Part shown: one piece after another, positions 33,448-43,124 of the stretch | How the letters are laid out: every line of letters starts with the position of its first letter | Position numbering within the stretch: position 1 is the first letter of the stretch | Virus record (IMG/VR): IMGVR_UViG_3300037471_000902 | Span: 1-64,000 of that record | Direction: 5' to 3' (one strand) | Source: a virus | Length of the DNA: 64,000 nt | Translations under genes and position numbers: made by a program | Notes under the pieces: generated by a model | Database searches by the model: none | The model's input: the letters and a program-made list of their open reading frames with translations, nothing else | What the model was told of the DNA's origin: nothing

Positions 33448-36400
33448 AACTCCACTCTGCGATTACCCTCAATGAGGGAATTACCCATATCGAGGACCTA
33501 CCCATCGATGATTTTATCAGGACTGTTAGGGACCTGAAAAGCAAGGTCGTTACCGAAAAGATGGATGGAGCGAATCTCTGGTTTGGCGTGGATGAAAATG
33601 GGCTCTTCACTTCACGTGAAGGTAAATCCAAGCGAGCAAAACGCTTCTACAACATCTCTGACTACCCGCTAGTTGCAAACTACAACGGATTCCGGGCAGC
33701 CCATCTTGCACTCAAGAAAGCTGAACATGGGATTGAGAAGATTTTGTCAGATGGTGACATGATCGAAATTGAAGTCATTTTTGGCAGGCAGCCAAACACC
33801 GTGACTTATGGAGCAGAGGACAAGAATTACATCGTCATTTTGAGAGCTGTTGAAGGAACAGATCAAGATAAGGCAGAGCGTCTTTCTAAAGCGCTACATG
33901 GGAAGTCTGTCACTGTCAAACCACAGATAGTGACATCTCCTGATGGAAATAAACTAGAAGTCACCGAACCTACTCAAGTTTGGCAGTTCACTGAAGTCAA
34001 ACCAATTGACACAAAATCGGTTGACACATCTCCAGCCCTTGAAAAATTGAAGGAGATGGAAAATTGGCTGGGAGCTCCAGCTGAGAATGTGCCTAACATG
34101 ACTAACAGGGAAGTCATTGAAGCCAAGCTGGGTAAGATTGACAAATCTCAACGCGATCTAGTCAAGTCAGAGCGTGAGACCCTTAAGCAAAGACTGCTTG
34201 ACAATTTCAAGCTGCCCATTAAAGAGTTTCTGTTAGGCACTCTTGTAAGAAAGATCAAGCCATCACTTCAGGGTGAAGTTCAACCTGATGAAGACGTGGG
34301 GGTTGAAGGCGTTGTTGTGCGTGATACTAACAACGGCGAGATGGTGAAAATTGTTGACAAGGACGTTTTCACAGCCATCAACAAATTCAACAATTCTGTC
34401 CGTGGACAGATCGCTGGATTGGTAAAGACAGATGATCAAGATGCACCAGTTGAAGCGCGAGGTGGTGTTTTCGGTGATGCAAAGATTCGCATAGGCATGC
34501 TTTTTGGGATGAAGGAGCTAGCCCTTTCGTCTAGTGCTCGTAAAATCCTCTCCAAATTCAAGGGTGTTGACGCGGCTGAGACAGCCAAAAACATGGCTGA
34601 CAACATTCAGGTGACTGATTTTGAAGCAATTCGTCACAAGGTTGCTGCAATTTTGAAGTCATCACTGGCAGAAATCGACAATATTCTGGTTCAATTCAAG
34701 GAAAATTCTGGTTCCTATAAATTGAAATTGAAGACAGGGAAAGAAATCGGATTCTCTCCTGATGTCATGAAGAGGAATCTGACGGCATTCGCTGAGACGA
34801 AGGTCGACATCAACAAAATTATCACCGCGGTGTTGAAAGCACGTACCATGCCTGAACTAATCATAGCGCTGTACGGTCGTACTATTCAATCTCTTTTTGA
34901 TACTAATGAGGCAGACAGCGTGAAGGAATCAATCTTCAAACAAATCAACCAAACGCTTAATGCGTTCGATCAACAAAAGCAAATGATGGAAGACGATGTA
35001 GGTGGGGCTCAACCACCTGCAACTGGCGCTGCAGCTATCTCTGGTCCTGACGGTGGACAAGCTCCTGAAAAGAGACTATTTGGTAATCGAGTCGTCGTAA
35101 AGCGTCAGCGCAATTTCAAGCGTAAGCCTCGCTTTGCGCAAGTTACTGAAAGCCTTCTAAAGCTTGTTGAATTTGACGCCGCGGTAGCAAGCGGTCAGTT
35201 TGCAACTGACGTCAATGACACAGTTAACGGCCGAAACGACGTTGAATTCAAAGCACTACGTAATCAAGTGAATGCGCCAGGTGCAAATGGAGCAGCAGTG
35301 TCGCAGACAGACATCTCAAATTATCTTGATAAAGCGCATGAGCTCAACGACGAGGTAGATACTGTCACTTTCGGCATGGAGATGGATGACGGAAGCGTCG
35401 CGAAGGTTTATGTGAATGCGACTCAAGCTGACCAGTTTGAGCAAACGCTGGCTGATATGCTGGGTAAAGAAGATAATTTAGAAAAGGTTATCGATGATCT
35501 AGCTCAGAACTTTGACATTGTTGACGTCGAGTGGCCACAAACAATGGCTCAACCCATGGACAGCACCGATCTGGGAACAGATTCTCAAGGAGATCCTGTA
35601 CTAGATCCCGTAATTGATTTAGGTAATCTAGATGATGAACCACCTGAGGATGATGCTGATGGTGGCCTGCTAAAGGCAATCAACGGCATGAAGAATCCTG
35701 AAGACATCGATTTGGCACCAGGTGCTGAACTTCCACCAGAAGAAACAGGTGAGGGTGTTCCACCAAGCGACGATGAAGACAGCAGTGAAGATCTCGATCT
35801 GATTAAGTCTGTCGCGAATGGTGAAGAGGGAGACGGTGGTACTGATGATACCCAAAACAATGACGTTGGCATTGACACGACCGTATTTGACGATGGAACA
35901 AATGATCAAGGTGATCAGGGTGATGATGATCAAGGTGATGATGATCAAGGTGATGAAGGCGGTTCTGGCGATGATAATTCACCAGCCCCTGAGGATGATG
36001 GATCGGGTGGCGAAGTTCCAGACGTTGATTTGGGTGACGCGGATGATGAGGATTCTGACGATGATTCCAATCAGACATCTGACGAAGATGCTAACGACAC
36101 GGATTCTGACAGCGAAGAAACACCAAAGAAAAAGAAAGCGTCCAAGGATGATGAGGACGAGGACGAATCAACTACTACACAGGAGTCGGCAATGACATTT
36201 GGCCAACAGTTCAAGGATAAGCTTCTTCTAGAAAAGAAAGAAACAAAGAAGTCAAAGAAAAAAATTGAGGTAGATTCTGTCGAGGGAACTTCCGAGTTTC
36301 CGGCTAGTCTCCAAAAGCTGATGCAATTCTTCCCTCAACGTGGTGAGAAAATGATGGTCGCCCTTATGTGGACCCTTGGTGCGCCAATCGAAGCACTCGT

Positions 36401-37358
36401 GATGAAGAAATCAGATCTTCGTGATTCTGTTCAGTCTTCTGGCGATATGTATCAGAAAGACAGCCAATTCCGTCTGTGGGTTAGCCGCGTAATTAACGGC
36501 TTCATTGCAGCTGAGAAGACGCAATCGACCGAAAAGGAAGTCAAAGAGAACAAGCTCGAGGATGAACTAAACAGCGTTTATCAGAAAGTAGTTTTGGAAA
36601 TCCTCGATAGGATTGGTTTGCCATCTTCTATTGAACGCATTGCAAGATTGCAGCTTCGCAACAATGTTCGCGAAAAGGCAGCGCTTATCCAACGCGACAG
36701 CCATCTTCGTGCATATGTAAAAATCCTAGCTGAACTTCTAGGTGTTGATGCAATCACTGGAATGAGAATGGCAGAAGCTATGTCTCCAGGTCTTCCAACA
36801 GATGCAGCGAATGATGATGACACAGCACCTAATCAGCAAGCGCAGCAGGCTCAGCGCACTGACGTTGGCGACACTAGCACGCAAGCATGGGTAGACACTG
36901 TCAAGGAACTTGCCATCGCTCTTGGCATTCCGTCTGATATTGTGAATTACAAGCAGACACAGACTGATATGATGATTAAGAAGCAGCGTCAATCTATCAA
37001 GAACAATGGTGTTGTTCTGCGTCGTGCACAGCAACTGCTCGCTCTTGTAAAGGGCAATGGTGCCGCAGTTAATGAGGCTGTTGAATTTGATCGAGCTGCC
37101 TCTGAAAAAGCTGCAGCACCTGTTGTTTCAGCACTCAAGAAGCAATTTGATGTAGATTATTCAATTAACAAGGATGGCTCTGTCACTGTCGTCGTGAATG
37201 GTGGATCTGTTGCACCACATGATGCAGGCAACAAAAATGTTGCATCTGCCAAAAATGTGTCGGCTGTAATTGACAGATTTTTCAAAGCCTACCGTGAGAA
37301 AGGCGTGACATTCACGCAACCAGTTAGCAACAAATTCACCATCGGAGTCAAGGCGTAA
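33444..37358 (+). CDS. Large probable capsid-internal protein: ligase-fold nucleotidyltransferase domain + acidic linker + helical domains
   Basis: TEKMDG, EGVVVRD, VKIVDK; many L/V/M-x-E sites; Asp/Glu-rich tract. Confidence 0.65.
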   Translation: MKLHSAITLNEGITHIEDLPIDDFIRTVRDLKSKVVTEKMDGANLWFGVDENGLFTSREGKSKRAKRFYNISDYPLVANYNGFRAAHLALKKAEHGIEKILSDGDMIEIEVIFGRQPNTVTYGAEDKNYIVILRAVEGTDQDKAERLSKALHGKSVTVKPQIVTSPDGNKLEVTEPTQVWQFTEVKPIDTKSVDTSPALEKLKEMENWLGAPAENVPNMTNREVIEAKLGKIDKSQRDLVKSERETLKQRLLDNFKLPIKEFLLGTLVRKIKPSLQGEVQPDEDVGVEGVVVRDTNNGEMVKIVDKDVFTAINKFNNSVRGQIAGLVKTDDQDAPVEARGGVFGDAKIRIGMLFGMKELALSSSARKILSKFKGVDAAETAKNMADNIQVTDFEAIRHKVAAILKSSLAEIDNILVQFKENSGSYKLKLKTGKEIGFSPDVMKRNLTAFAETKVDINKIITAVLKARTMPELIIALYGRTIQSLFDTNEADSVKESIFKQINQTLNAFDQQKQMMEDDVGGAQPPATGAAAISGPDGGQAPEKRLFGNRVVVKRQRNFKRKPRFAQVTESLLKLVEFDAAVASGQFATDVNDTVNGRNDVEFKALRNQVNAPGANGAAVSQTDISNYLDKAHELNDEVDTVTFGMEMDDGSVAKVYVNATQADQFEQTLADMLGKEDNLEKVIDDLAQNFDIVDVEWPQTMAQPMDSTDLGTDSQGDPVLDPVIDLGNLDDEPPEDDADGGLLKAINGMKNPEDIDLAPGAELPPEETGEGVPPSDDEDSSEDLDLIKSVANGEEGDGGTDDTQNNDVGIDTTVFDDGTNDQGDQGDDDQGDDDQGDEGGSGDDNSPAPEDDGSGGEVPDVDLGDADDEDSDDDSNQTSDEDANDTDSDSEETPKKKKASKDDEDEDESTTTQESAMTFGQQFKDKLLLEKKETKKSKKKIEVDSVEGTSEFPASLQKLMQFFPQRGEKMMVALMWTLGAPIEALVMKKSDLRDSVQSSGDMYQKDSQFRLWVSRVINGFIAAEKTQSTEKEVKENKLEDELNSVYQKVVLEILDRIGLPSSIERIARLQLRNNVREKAALIQRDSHLRAYVKILAELLGVDAITGMRMAEAMSPGLPTDAANDDDTAPNQQAQQAQRTDVGDTSTQAWVDTVKELAIALGIPSDIVNYKQTQTDMMIKKQRQSIKNNGVVLRRAQQLLALVKGNGAAVNEAVEFDRAASEKAAAPVVSALKKQFDVDYSINKDGSVTVVVNGGSVAPHDAGNKNVASAKNVSAVIDRFFKAYREKGVTFTQPVSNKFTIGVKA
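35903..35957 (+). repeat. In-frame tandem repeat encoding DQGDQGDDDQGDDDQGDE
   Basis: GATGATGATCAAGGT x2 plus flanking partial copies. Confidence 0.75.
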
Positions 37359-38269
37359 TGAACCTGATTCAAGAACTTCTGTCTATTCGTGAGGATTATG
37401 ACAAGCTCTTTGAGCTTGTCCAACTCCCAGCAAATGCTTCGCTTGAGGACCTTACTCGCCGTATGGACGCGTGCAAGCGCGCTTTAAGCCTGTGCGCAAA
37501 ACTTCCTAAGGAAGATAGGAAGAAGTGGCTGTCGCAGACTTTCAAGAACATGAACATTGTTCGCGCAGCGTTGAGGCGTGTTCAGAAAACTACTACTCCA
37601 AGCTCGTCTGGCACAGGTGGTCTTTCCGCAGCTACTGTGCAGCGAACCAACGATCTGTATATCCGTCTACAAAATCTTGAACGACAGATGCGCAGCATGG
37701 CTAGGGAGAGTGGCGTTAGCTTGCGTGAGGACACTGCTGTGAAGCATGAGATTTCGACACGAATTCGCCGCTTCATGCACGAGAACGACATCCACTATCC
37801 AGGCGTTGATTCTCTTGAGGATCTACAGAAGGCTCACGCTCAACAAATCCTTGATAAGGGTGGCTGGAAAGGCGCTGACAGCGAAGAACGTGGCCTTGCG
37901 CACGCAATTGGTATTGCAAATCTTAGCAATGACGAACTAGAAGACATAATCCGCCGCCCACATACCGAAAATGGTCAGTCTGTTTGGGAGTTTCAAGAGA
38001 ATGACATGGCGTTCAGTGGTGGTGACACATTGCATGGACCCACTGTCGGTAATAGAGCGTATGTGATTGCTCGTGAAACTGATGAACACGGAAAACCAGC
38101 TGACGCATATCAAGGTCTTGTGATGGACGTAGATGATGGTCATCAACCAAATGATGACGATGTGATTTGGACAAATGGACCTGATTCGCGTAATGATCTT
38201 GAGGATTGGTGCGATGTCCATGGGCTTCCACACCCCTCTGAAGAAGATTGGGCTAATTTAGGTTTGTGA
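37358..38269 (+). CDS. Probable capsid-internal protein
   Basis: MNLIQELLSIRE N-terminus, internal SLRE. Confidence 0.55.
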   Translation: MNLIQELLSIREDYDKLFELVQLPANASLEDLTRRMDACKRALSLCAKLPKEDRKKWLSQTFKNMNIVRAALRRVQKTTTPSSSGTGGLSAATVQRTNDLYIRLQNLERQMRSMARESGVSLREDTAVKHEISTRIRRFMHENDIHYPGVDSLEDLQKAHAQQILDKGGWKGADSEERGLAHAIGIANLSNDELEDIIRRPHTENGQSVWEFQENDMAFSGGDTLHGPTVGNRAYVIARETDEHGKPADAYQGLVMDVDDGHQPNDDDVIWTNGPDSRNDLEDWCDVHGLPHPSEEDWANLGL

Positions 38270-38679
38270 CAAAGCACCGCATTCCACCAAAACCTACATG
38301 GTTTGACACAGTTCCAGAAGGAACGTGTCGTTGGTGCAATGCGGTTGTCGGTTTGACTAAGACTGGCAGAGTTAGCAAAAGTCGCTGGCATCCAAGCTGT
38401 TTTGAAGAGTACGAATTACTTTTCTGGCCAAGTGCTACACGTAAAGCAGTTTGGAAGCGAGACAAAGGTGTTTGCTTTGAATGCAAGAAGCAGTGCGATA
38501 AGAAGGGTAAGAATGGGTGGGATCTTGACCATAAGGTCCCACTTATTGAGGGCGATGGCAGCCTTTCATTCTGGCAGATGGGAAATTTGCAAACCCTCTG
38601 TCGAGAGTGTCACAAGGCAAAGACAGCAAGAGAAGCAACTGAGCGTGCAGCTCGAAGGAAGCTAAATGAAGCTAAATGA
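38266..38679 (+). CDS. HNH endonuclease
   Basis: RDKGVCFEC, DLDHKVPL, NLQTLCRECHKAKT. Confidence 0.85.
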   Translation: MTKHRIPPKPTWFDTVPEGTCRWCNAVVGLTKTGRVSKSRWHPSCFEEYELLFWPSATRKAVWKRDKGVCFECKKQCDKKGKNGWDLDHKVPLIEGDGSLSFWQMGNLQTLCRECHKAKTAREATERAARRKLNEAK

Positions 38680-39253
38680 AATCATGGACGCATCGAGCGC
38701 TATCGATATTCATCAGGAATTTGCAGTAGTAAAAGCATTCAGGGCAACCATTTTAGGCACTAGTCGCGATTACGCGACATATCCATTGCCAAAGGGAACT
38801 GTAGTTAAGGTGACAAGCATTCATAACGGTTACGTGCGTTTTTCTACAGGTGACGAGTACACGTTAACCATGACAGAAAATGCTTTTAGGAAGCATATGA
38901 TGAAGCGGGCCGAGTATAGTAGGCAGTGGATGAAGGATTTGAATGAGCAACACACATACAAGCCTCAGCAACAGCTCGCTGTCATTGGCGAGTTCAGCGC
39001 CACTCCAATTAAGAACATTTTCAAGAAGTGGCATCCGTCAAATCGACAGAATCCCGGAATCCGAGTTTTCTCAAAGGACACGCATGATTTCCAATGGAAC
39101 ATCATGTTCGTTAAACAGGAAGGAGATAAGGTATACTTTGATTCTGGTACATGGCGATGGATGGCTGACGCAGCACAATTTTACTCATGCACGAAAGACA
39201 TGAAGATGTGGCGTGGTACTAATTTTCTAAATGATTTGAGTGATGAAGAGTGA
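38666..39253 (+). CDS. Two-domain member of the dispersed paralogue family
   Basis: MKLNEI start; the domains end WMKDLNE and FLNDLSDEE. Confidence 0.6.
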   Translation: MKLNEIMDASSAIDIHQEFAVVKAFRATILGTSRDYATYPLPKGTVVKVTSIHNGYVRFSTGDEYTLTMTENAFRKHMMKRAEYSRQWMKDLNEQHTYKPQQQLAVIGEFSATPIKNIFKKWHPSNRQNPGIRVFSKDTHDFQWNIMFVKQEGDKVYFDSGTWRWMADAAQFYSCTKDMKMWRGTNFLNDLSDEE

Positions 39254-39268
39254 GTGCCTAAAATTCTG

Positions 39269-39305
39269 AAAAGGGTGTGCATTAAATAACAAGTACACCT
39301 TTTTT
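39269..39305 (+). terminator. Terminator-like hairpin with late promoter TAAATA (39283-39288) in its loop
   Basis: AAAAGGGTGTGC/GTACACCTTTTT (two G-U pairs), U-rich 3' end. Confidence 0.6.
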
Positions 39306-39309
39306 GTTT

Positions 39310-39978
39310 ATGAAATTCAAATTTGACTATCCTGAGCTAATGACTGAAACAGTCAATGGCATGCGTATCTACATTACACCTCAAGGTGGTGCATATCCCA
39401 GCATCACAACTGTCCTGGGAAAGACAATGCCTGAAGAGAAGGTGAAAGCACTTGCTAATTGGGCAAATGCGATCGGTCAACTGAATGCGAAGAAGAAAAC
39501 CCAGGACGCAGCCGATCGAGGCACTGCAGTGCACACGCTCATTGAGCGATTCTTGAATGGTGAGGAAGAGTTCTCATCAAGTGAATTCTCTGCTGAAGCC
39601 CTCAACATGTTCAATGCGTTGAAGGTCAAGCTAAAAAAGATCGATGAGATTTGGTGCCAGGAAGTAGGCTTGTACTCTGACCTGCTCGCTCTCGCCGGAC
39701 GTGTAGATTGTATTGGTGTCTACAAGGGAGAGGAAGCAATCATTGACTTCAAGACATCTTCTAGGCTAAAGAGTCAGGAAGACATTGAAGATTATCGGTT
39801 TCAACTGTGTGCCTACGCGCTCATGCACAACGAGATGTTTGGCACCAATATCAATAAGGGCGTTATCTTAATGACGTCAGCGGCTGGTTTCCCGCAAGAG
39901 TTCCATGTAGATTTGATGCCTTACGTAGATAGACTATTTGATCGCGTACAAGACTTCTACAAGAAAATGGCACTATGA
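39310..39978 (+). CDS. PD-(D/E)XK exonuclease
   Basis: YPSITTVL, RGTAVH, E..LY, AGRVDC, IIDFKTS, QL.AY. Confidence 0.85.
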   Translation: MKFKFDYPELMTETVNGMRIYITPQGGAYPSITTVLGKTMPEEKVKALANWANAIGQLNAKKKTQDAADRGTAVHTLIERFLNGEEEFSSSEFSAEALNMFNALKVKLKKIDEIWCQEVGLYSDLLALAGRVDCIGVYKGEEAIIDFKTSSRLKSQEDIEDYRFQLCAYALMHNEMFGTNINKGVILMTSAAGFPQEFHVDLMPYVDRLFDRVQDFYKKMAL

Positions 39979-40467
39979 ATGAAACAAGTCGCCCAGCTAC
40001 ATGGGGATTTCACGCTTGTTTATGCTGACATAAATGGAGTTGAATCCTACGGATTAATGGAAAATGACAAGCTTGTCGCCTTTTGCAAGGTTGAACCTAC
40101 AACAGTTTGTGGCGTAGATTACAAGAAGCTTATTGTCCTATTCACACTATCTAGTTCTCGTGGACTTGGATACTCTCTAATCTTGCTCTATGGCATGAAA
40201 GAGAGCAATATCACACCAATACTGGTTGATGATGCAATCTTTGACGGTGGTTGGGCAGTCATTAAAAAATTAGCACAAAACAAGGCTAATCTATCTGTCA
40301 AGAAGCTTGACAAAAACACTGGCAACGTTTCTGATTTTGATGATTCAAATCCACGTCGAAATCACGCGTTCATTTTAGAAAATGATGGGATTGGCTTCTA
40401 CACCGACTATACTAAATATGGAATGGGTAAAGCCTATTACTATCTTTTTGACGGTGAACTACTATAG
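39979..40467 (+). CDS. Hypothetical protein, possible GNAT fold
   Basis: SRGLGYS resembles GNAT motif A. Confidence 0.4.
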   Translation: MKQVAQLHGDFTLVYADINGVESYGLMENDKLVAFCKVEPTTVCGVDYKKLIVLFTLSSSRGLGYSLILLYGMKESNITPILVDDAIFDGGWAVIKKLAQNKANLSVKKLDKNTGNVSDFDDSNPRRNHAFILENDGIGFYTDYTKYGMGKAYYYLFDGELL

Positions 40468-40491
40468 ATTTGAAGAGTATAAAATACTAAC

Positions 40492-40842
40492 ATGAAAGTC
40501 AACCAGCTACTTCACGACTCTCCTCTAAAAGGTGAGAAGCGTATTGCACTCAACATGCTTGACATTACGAGCGATTTCGTTTTTGCCCGAGTCGAGGGAA
40601 TTAACATAAGAGGCAACTGGATTGGCGCTAGAATTCCAGAAGGCACCCTCATTGAAGTGACTGGCGAAAGAGAAGACGAGATGGGCGAACCAGTTGTGGT
40701 CTTCTCAATTGTTCATGGTGCCGCTGACGAGGAGTATTGCGTCCATGTCAATGATTTTGATGATCGCTTTGTGAAAATTGAAGAACTAGAAGAAAAGAAG
40801 CGCGAACGCAAGTTGAAGTGGTTCAATGATTTGCAGGACTAA
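40492..40842 (+). CDS. Member of the dispersed paralogue family
   Basis: IPEGTLIEV..VVF..F..WFNDLQD. Confidence 0.6.
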   Translation: MKVNQLLHDSPLKGEKRIALNMLDITSDFVFARVEGINIRGNWIGARIPEGTLIEVTGEREDEMGEPVVVFSIVHGAADEEYCVHVNDFDDRFVKIEELEEKKRERKLKWFNDLQD

Positions 40843-41381
40843 AACCAATTCGGAATAGTCCGATCCCTCACCTTCCCATCCCACTTGGCGAATCTCAGCT
40901 TATCGAGACGATAAAAGTTTCGATAGCTCTCCACCACATCATCTGACTGATACTGCTCCGGCATTGCCTGGGGTGGGTCAATCCACTCTGCCTCGGGAAT
41001 GTTCTTGGGCGGATTCTCCAACACGTGTCCTAGTCGAATGAACACGTTATGGTCTCTCCCGTACCGCCAGTGATATTCAAACGCTAGAGCAGTGAAGAGC
41101 TCAAAAAGCCACATATAGTGCGCAGAACTTTGGCGCGCCCACTTGACGCATGGATGATTGATGTGAGTGGACTTGAACAGCTTCATTTCCATTCGAGGAT
41201 CGTCCATCCTGTAGCGAATCAGCTTTCGTCCTGACGAATCATCCACGTAAGGTTTACCGTCAAGAACACGGTGCGCAGTAGAGAGAATTTGTGCGTACTC
41301 AATAACCATCTTGAGTACGTGTTTGGAGCAGTGCATTTCTGCACACCTTACCACATCACGATCTAATATGAAAACGTTCAT
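40839..41381 (-). CDS. Pyrimidine-dimer DNA glycosylase/DenV-related family protein
   Basis: MNVF.LD, KHV.KM..E.AQILSTAH, H.NHPC..W, EY..RYG..H, PQAMP, YR.FY. Confidence 0.75.
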   Translation of the reverse strand: MNVFILDRDVVRCAEMHCSKHVLKMVIEYAQILSTAHRVLDGKPYVDDSSGRKLIRYRMDDPRMEMKLFKSTHINHPCVKWARQSSAHYMWLFELFTALAFEYHWRYGRDHNVFIRLGHVLENPPKNIPEAEWIDPPQAMPEQYQSDDVVESYRNFYRLDKLRFAKWDGKVRDRTIPNWF

Positions 41382-41407
41382 ACGCATATTTTATCACTTT
41401 GATTCCA

Positions 41408-41436
41408 GTTTAATTTCAGCGCCATGAAGTTACAAT
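41408..41436 (+). promoter_or_regulatory. Early promoter GTTTA-N18-TACAAT, divergent from an extended -10 (TGATAAAAT, - strand 41388-41396)
   Basis: Consensus match. Confidence 0.6.
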
Positions 41437-41547
41437 ATAAGGATTACGGGTAAAAACCATGATAACACTAGAAGATCTCAAGGGTGCATTCATGATCTGC
41501 TTGCAGCAGTACGCGCTCGTGGACCAGCAAGTTTTAAGGAATAAAAA

Positions 41548-41769
41548 ATGCCTAACTATACTCGCACTGTTTCTGTCAAGATCTCGTCTGAAGAACTCAC
41601 AGACATTCTGAAACAACATCTGAAGATCCCAGCGGATGCAAAGGTGACCTTCACTACTCGTGAAGTCAGCACTGACTATTTTGGTCGGGACTCACGAACA
41701 GTTTTTGATGGTGTTCGGATTGAATACGAGGAAAAACCCGTCGCAGAAAAATTTGAAAGGGGGTTCTAA
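41548..41769 (+). CDS. Hypothetical protein
   Basis: AAGGA SD. Confidence 0.6.
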   Translation: MPNYTRTVSVKISSEELTDILKQHLKIPADAKVTFTTREVSTDYFGRDSRTVFDGVRIEYEEKPVAEKFERGF

Positions 41770-41853
41770 TGGCTTGGCAAACAATGAAGACTGCCAAACG
41801 TGAAATTCTACGAATCGCGTTTTTGCAAAACTAATTTATAACGGGAGAAAATA

Positions 41854-41916
41854 ATGGGACTTTGGGCACTACCACTCTTTTTCAGCATCATGTTTCGAGT
41901 TTGGTTTGGACTATGA
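41854..41916 (+). CDS. 20-aa hydrophobic micropeptide MGLWALPLFFSIMFRVWFGL (not in ORF track)
   Basis: GGAG SD; ATGA overlap with the next ORF. Confidence 0.55.
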   Translation: MGLWALPLFFSIMFRVWFGL

Positions 41917-42092
41917 GCCGAAACGATATCACAGGCGACTCACTCGTCAGCAAAACCGCAAACCAAGCCTATCGCGACGGCTGGGATCGTATCTTCGGCA
42001 AGAAGAAAGAAGAGAAGAAGCAGGCACCAGAAGTTGGTGAAGAGGGTTACTCCGAGTATATTACTCGGATCATGGCGCAGAAAAAGCCATGA
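41913..42092 (+). CDS. Hypothetical protein
   Basis: NDITGD.L.SK...AYRDGWDRIFGKK; start reassigned. Confidence 0.6.
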   Translation: MSRNDITGDSLVSKTANQAYRDGWDRIFGKKKEEKKQAPEVGEEGYSEYITRIMAQKKP

Positions 42093-42138
42093 ACTAATGC
42101 GCCATCAGAAGCGCATAAGTACAATAAAGGAGACATCA

Positions 42139-42906
42139 ATGCAACTGCGAACAGCAGATATCAGGAAGACTTTTGTTCGTCTTCTTGCAGAAGAAAAATT
42201 CACACAAATTAATCGTGAATCCAGCATGACTGGGCTGGTTGGTAATACAACCATCGAAATCCTTGGTGCTAACTTCATTGCAGACGAGGACAGCATCTTT
42301 GGTGAAGTGAATTGGGATTACGTTAAGCGCGAAGAAGAGTGGTATAACTCCCAGTCATTGAACGTGAATGACATCCCTGGTGGTGCCCCAGCAATTTGGA
42401 AAGCCGTGGCAGACAAGGACGGCTTTATCAACAGTAATTACGGCCACTTGATCTATTCTCCAGAGAATGGCTTTAAAAAGCCGGCCGCATCAGGTTCGTC
42501 CATGCGTGAGGCTGAAACTGATGGATGGATGTCTCAGTACAAGTGTACACTTCAAGAACTAACGCAGAGCCCCTCTTCTCGTCGTGCTTGCATGATCTAC
42601 ACTCGCCCGCAGATCTGGCTGGACTATAACAAGAATGGTAGATCTGACTTCATTTGTACCAATGTGGTTCAATATCTGATTCGTGATGGCAAAGTCCATG
42701 CTGTTGTTCAAATGCGAAGCAATGACGCTGTGTTCGGATACAAAAACGACAAAGTGTGGCAGCAGCATGTTCTTGAGAAGCTGACATCTGATTTGAATGC
42801 GGCTGGAAATAACTACGAAGTTGGTGATTTGATTTGGAACGTAGGCAGTCTTCATGTTTATGCAAGACACTACAACCTTGTTGACCCCGTCAAGTACGCA
42901 AAATGA
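42139..42906 (+). CDS. 42: dCMP hydroxymethylase (T4 gp42-like)
   Basis: INSNYG, SRRA.MIYTRP, DFICTN.VQYLIRD, MRSND.VFG..ND (dCMP-specifying Asp), SLHVY.RH; AAGGAG SD before 42139. Confidence 0.9.
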   Translation: MQLRTADIRKTFVRLLAEEKFTQINRESSMTGLVGNTTIEILGANFIADEDSIFGEVNWDYVKREEEWYNSQSLNVNDIPGGAPAIWKAVADKDGFINSNYGHLIYSPENGFKKPAASGSSMREAETDGWMSQYKCTLQELTQSPSSRRACMIYTRPQIWLDYNKNGRSDFICTNVVQYLIRDGKVHAVVQMRSNDAVFGYKNDKVWQQHVLEKLTSDLNAAGNNYEVGDLIWNVGSLHVYARHYNLVDPVKYAK

Positions 42907-43124
42907 AACTGAGCTTCTACATTAGTGGACAAGCCGGATACGCGTTCTGTGATTCAGTGGAACTGGATTCTCGCATTCCAGTTCCACGAATTGGAGAGAA
43001 GGTTCTTCTAAAATGTGCTGATGAATACTATCGCCAGCACATCGTGACGGACATTGTCCACTCCTACTGTACTGAAACGATTTTCATCTACGTCCTTCCA
43101 CCCTCAAACGAAACAGATATATGA
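42903..43124 (+). CDS. Hypothetical protein
   Basis: ATGA-coupled; PVPRIGEKV. Confidence 0.55.
   Translation: MKLSFYISGQAGYAFCDSVELDSRIPVPRIGEKVLLKCADEYYRQHIVTDIVHSYCTETIFIYVLPPSNETDI

Noticed and set aside
35903-35957. Repeat array
   Set aside because: In-frame low-complexity coding repeat with no spacers
38266-38679. HNH gene as a mobile homing element
   Set aside because: No interrupted host gene, intron context or flanking repeats visible; kept as a plain CDS
41459-41611. ~50-codon ORF after the 41408 promoter
   Set aside because: Overlaps the better-supported 41548 gene out of frame and has no recognisable features
42034-42906. Thymidylate synthase call and longer start
   Set aside because: Asp at the specificity position and gp42-like motifs indicate a dCMP enzyme; the SD supports the start at 42139
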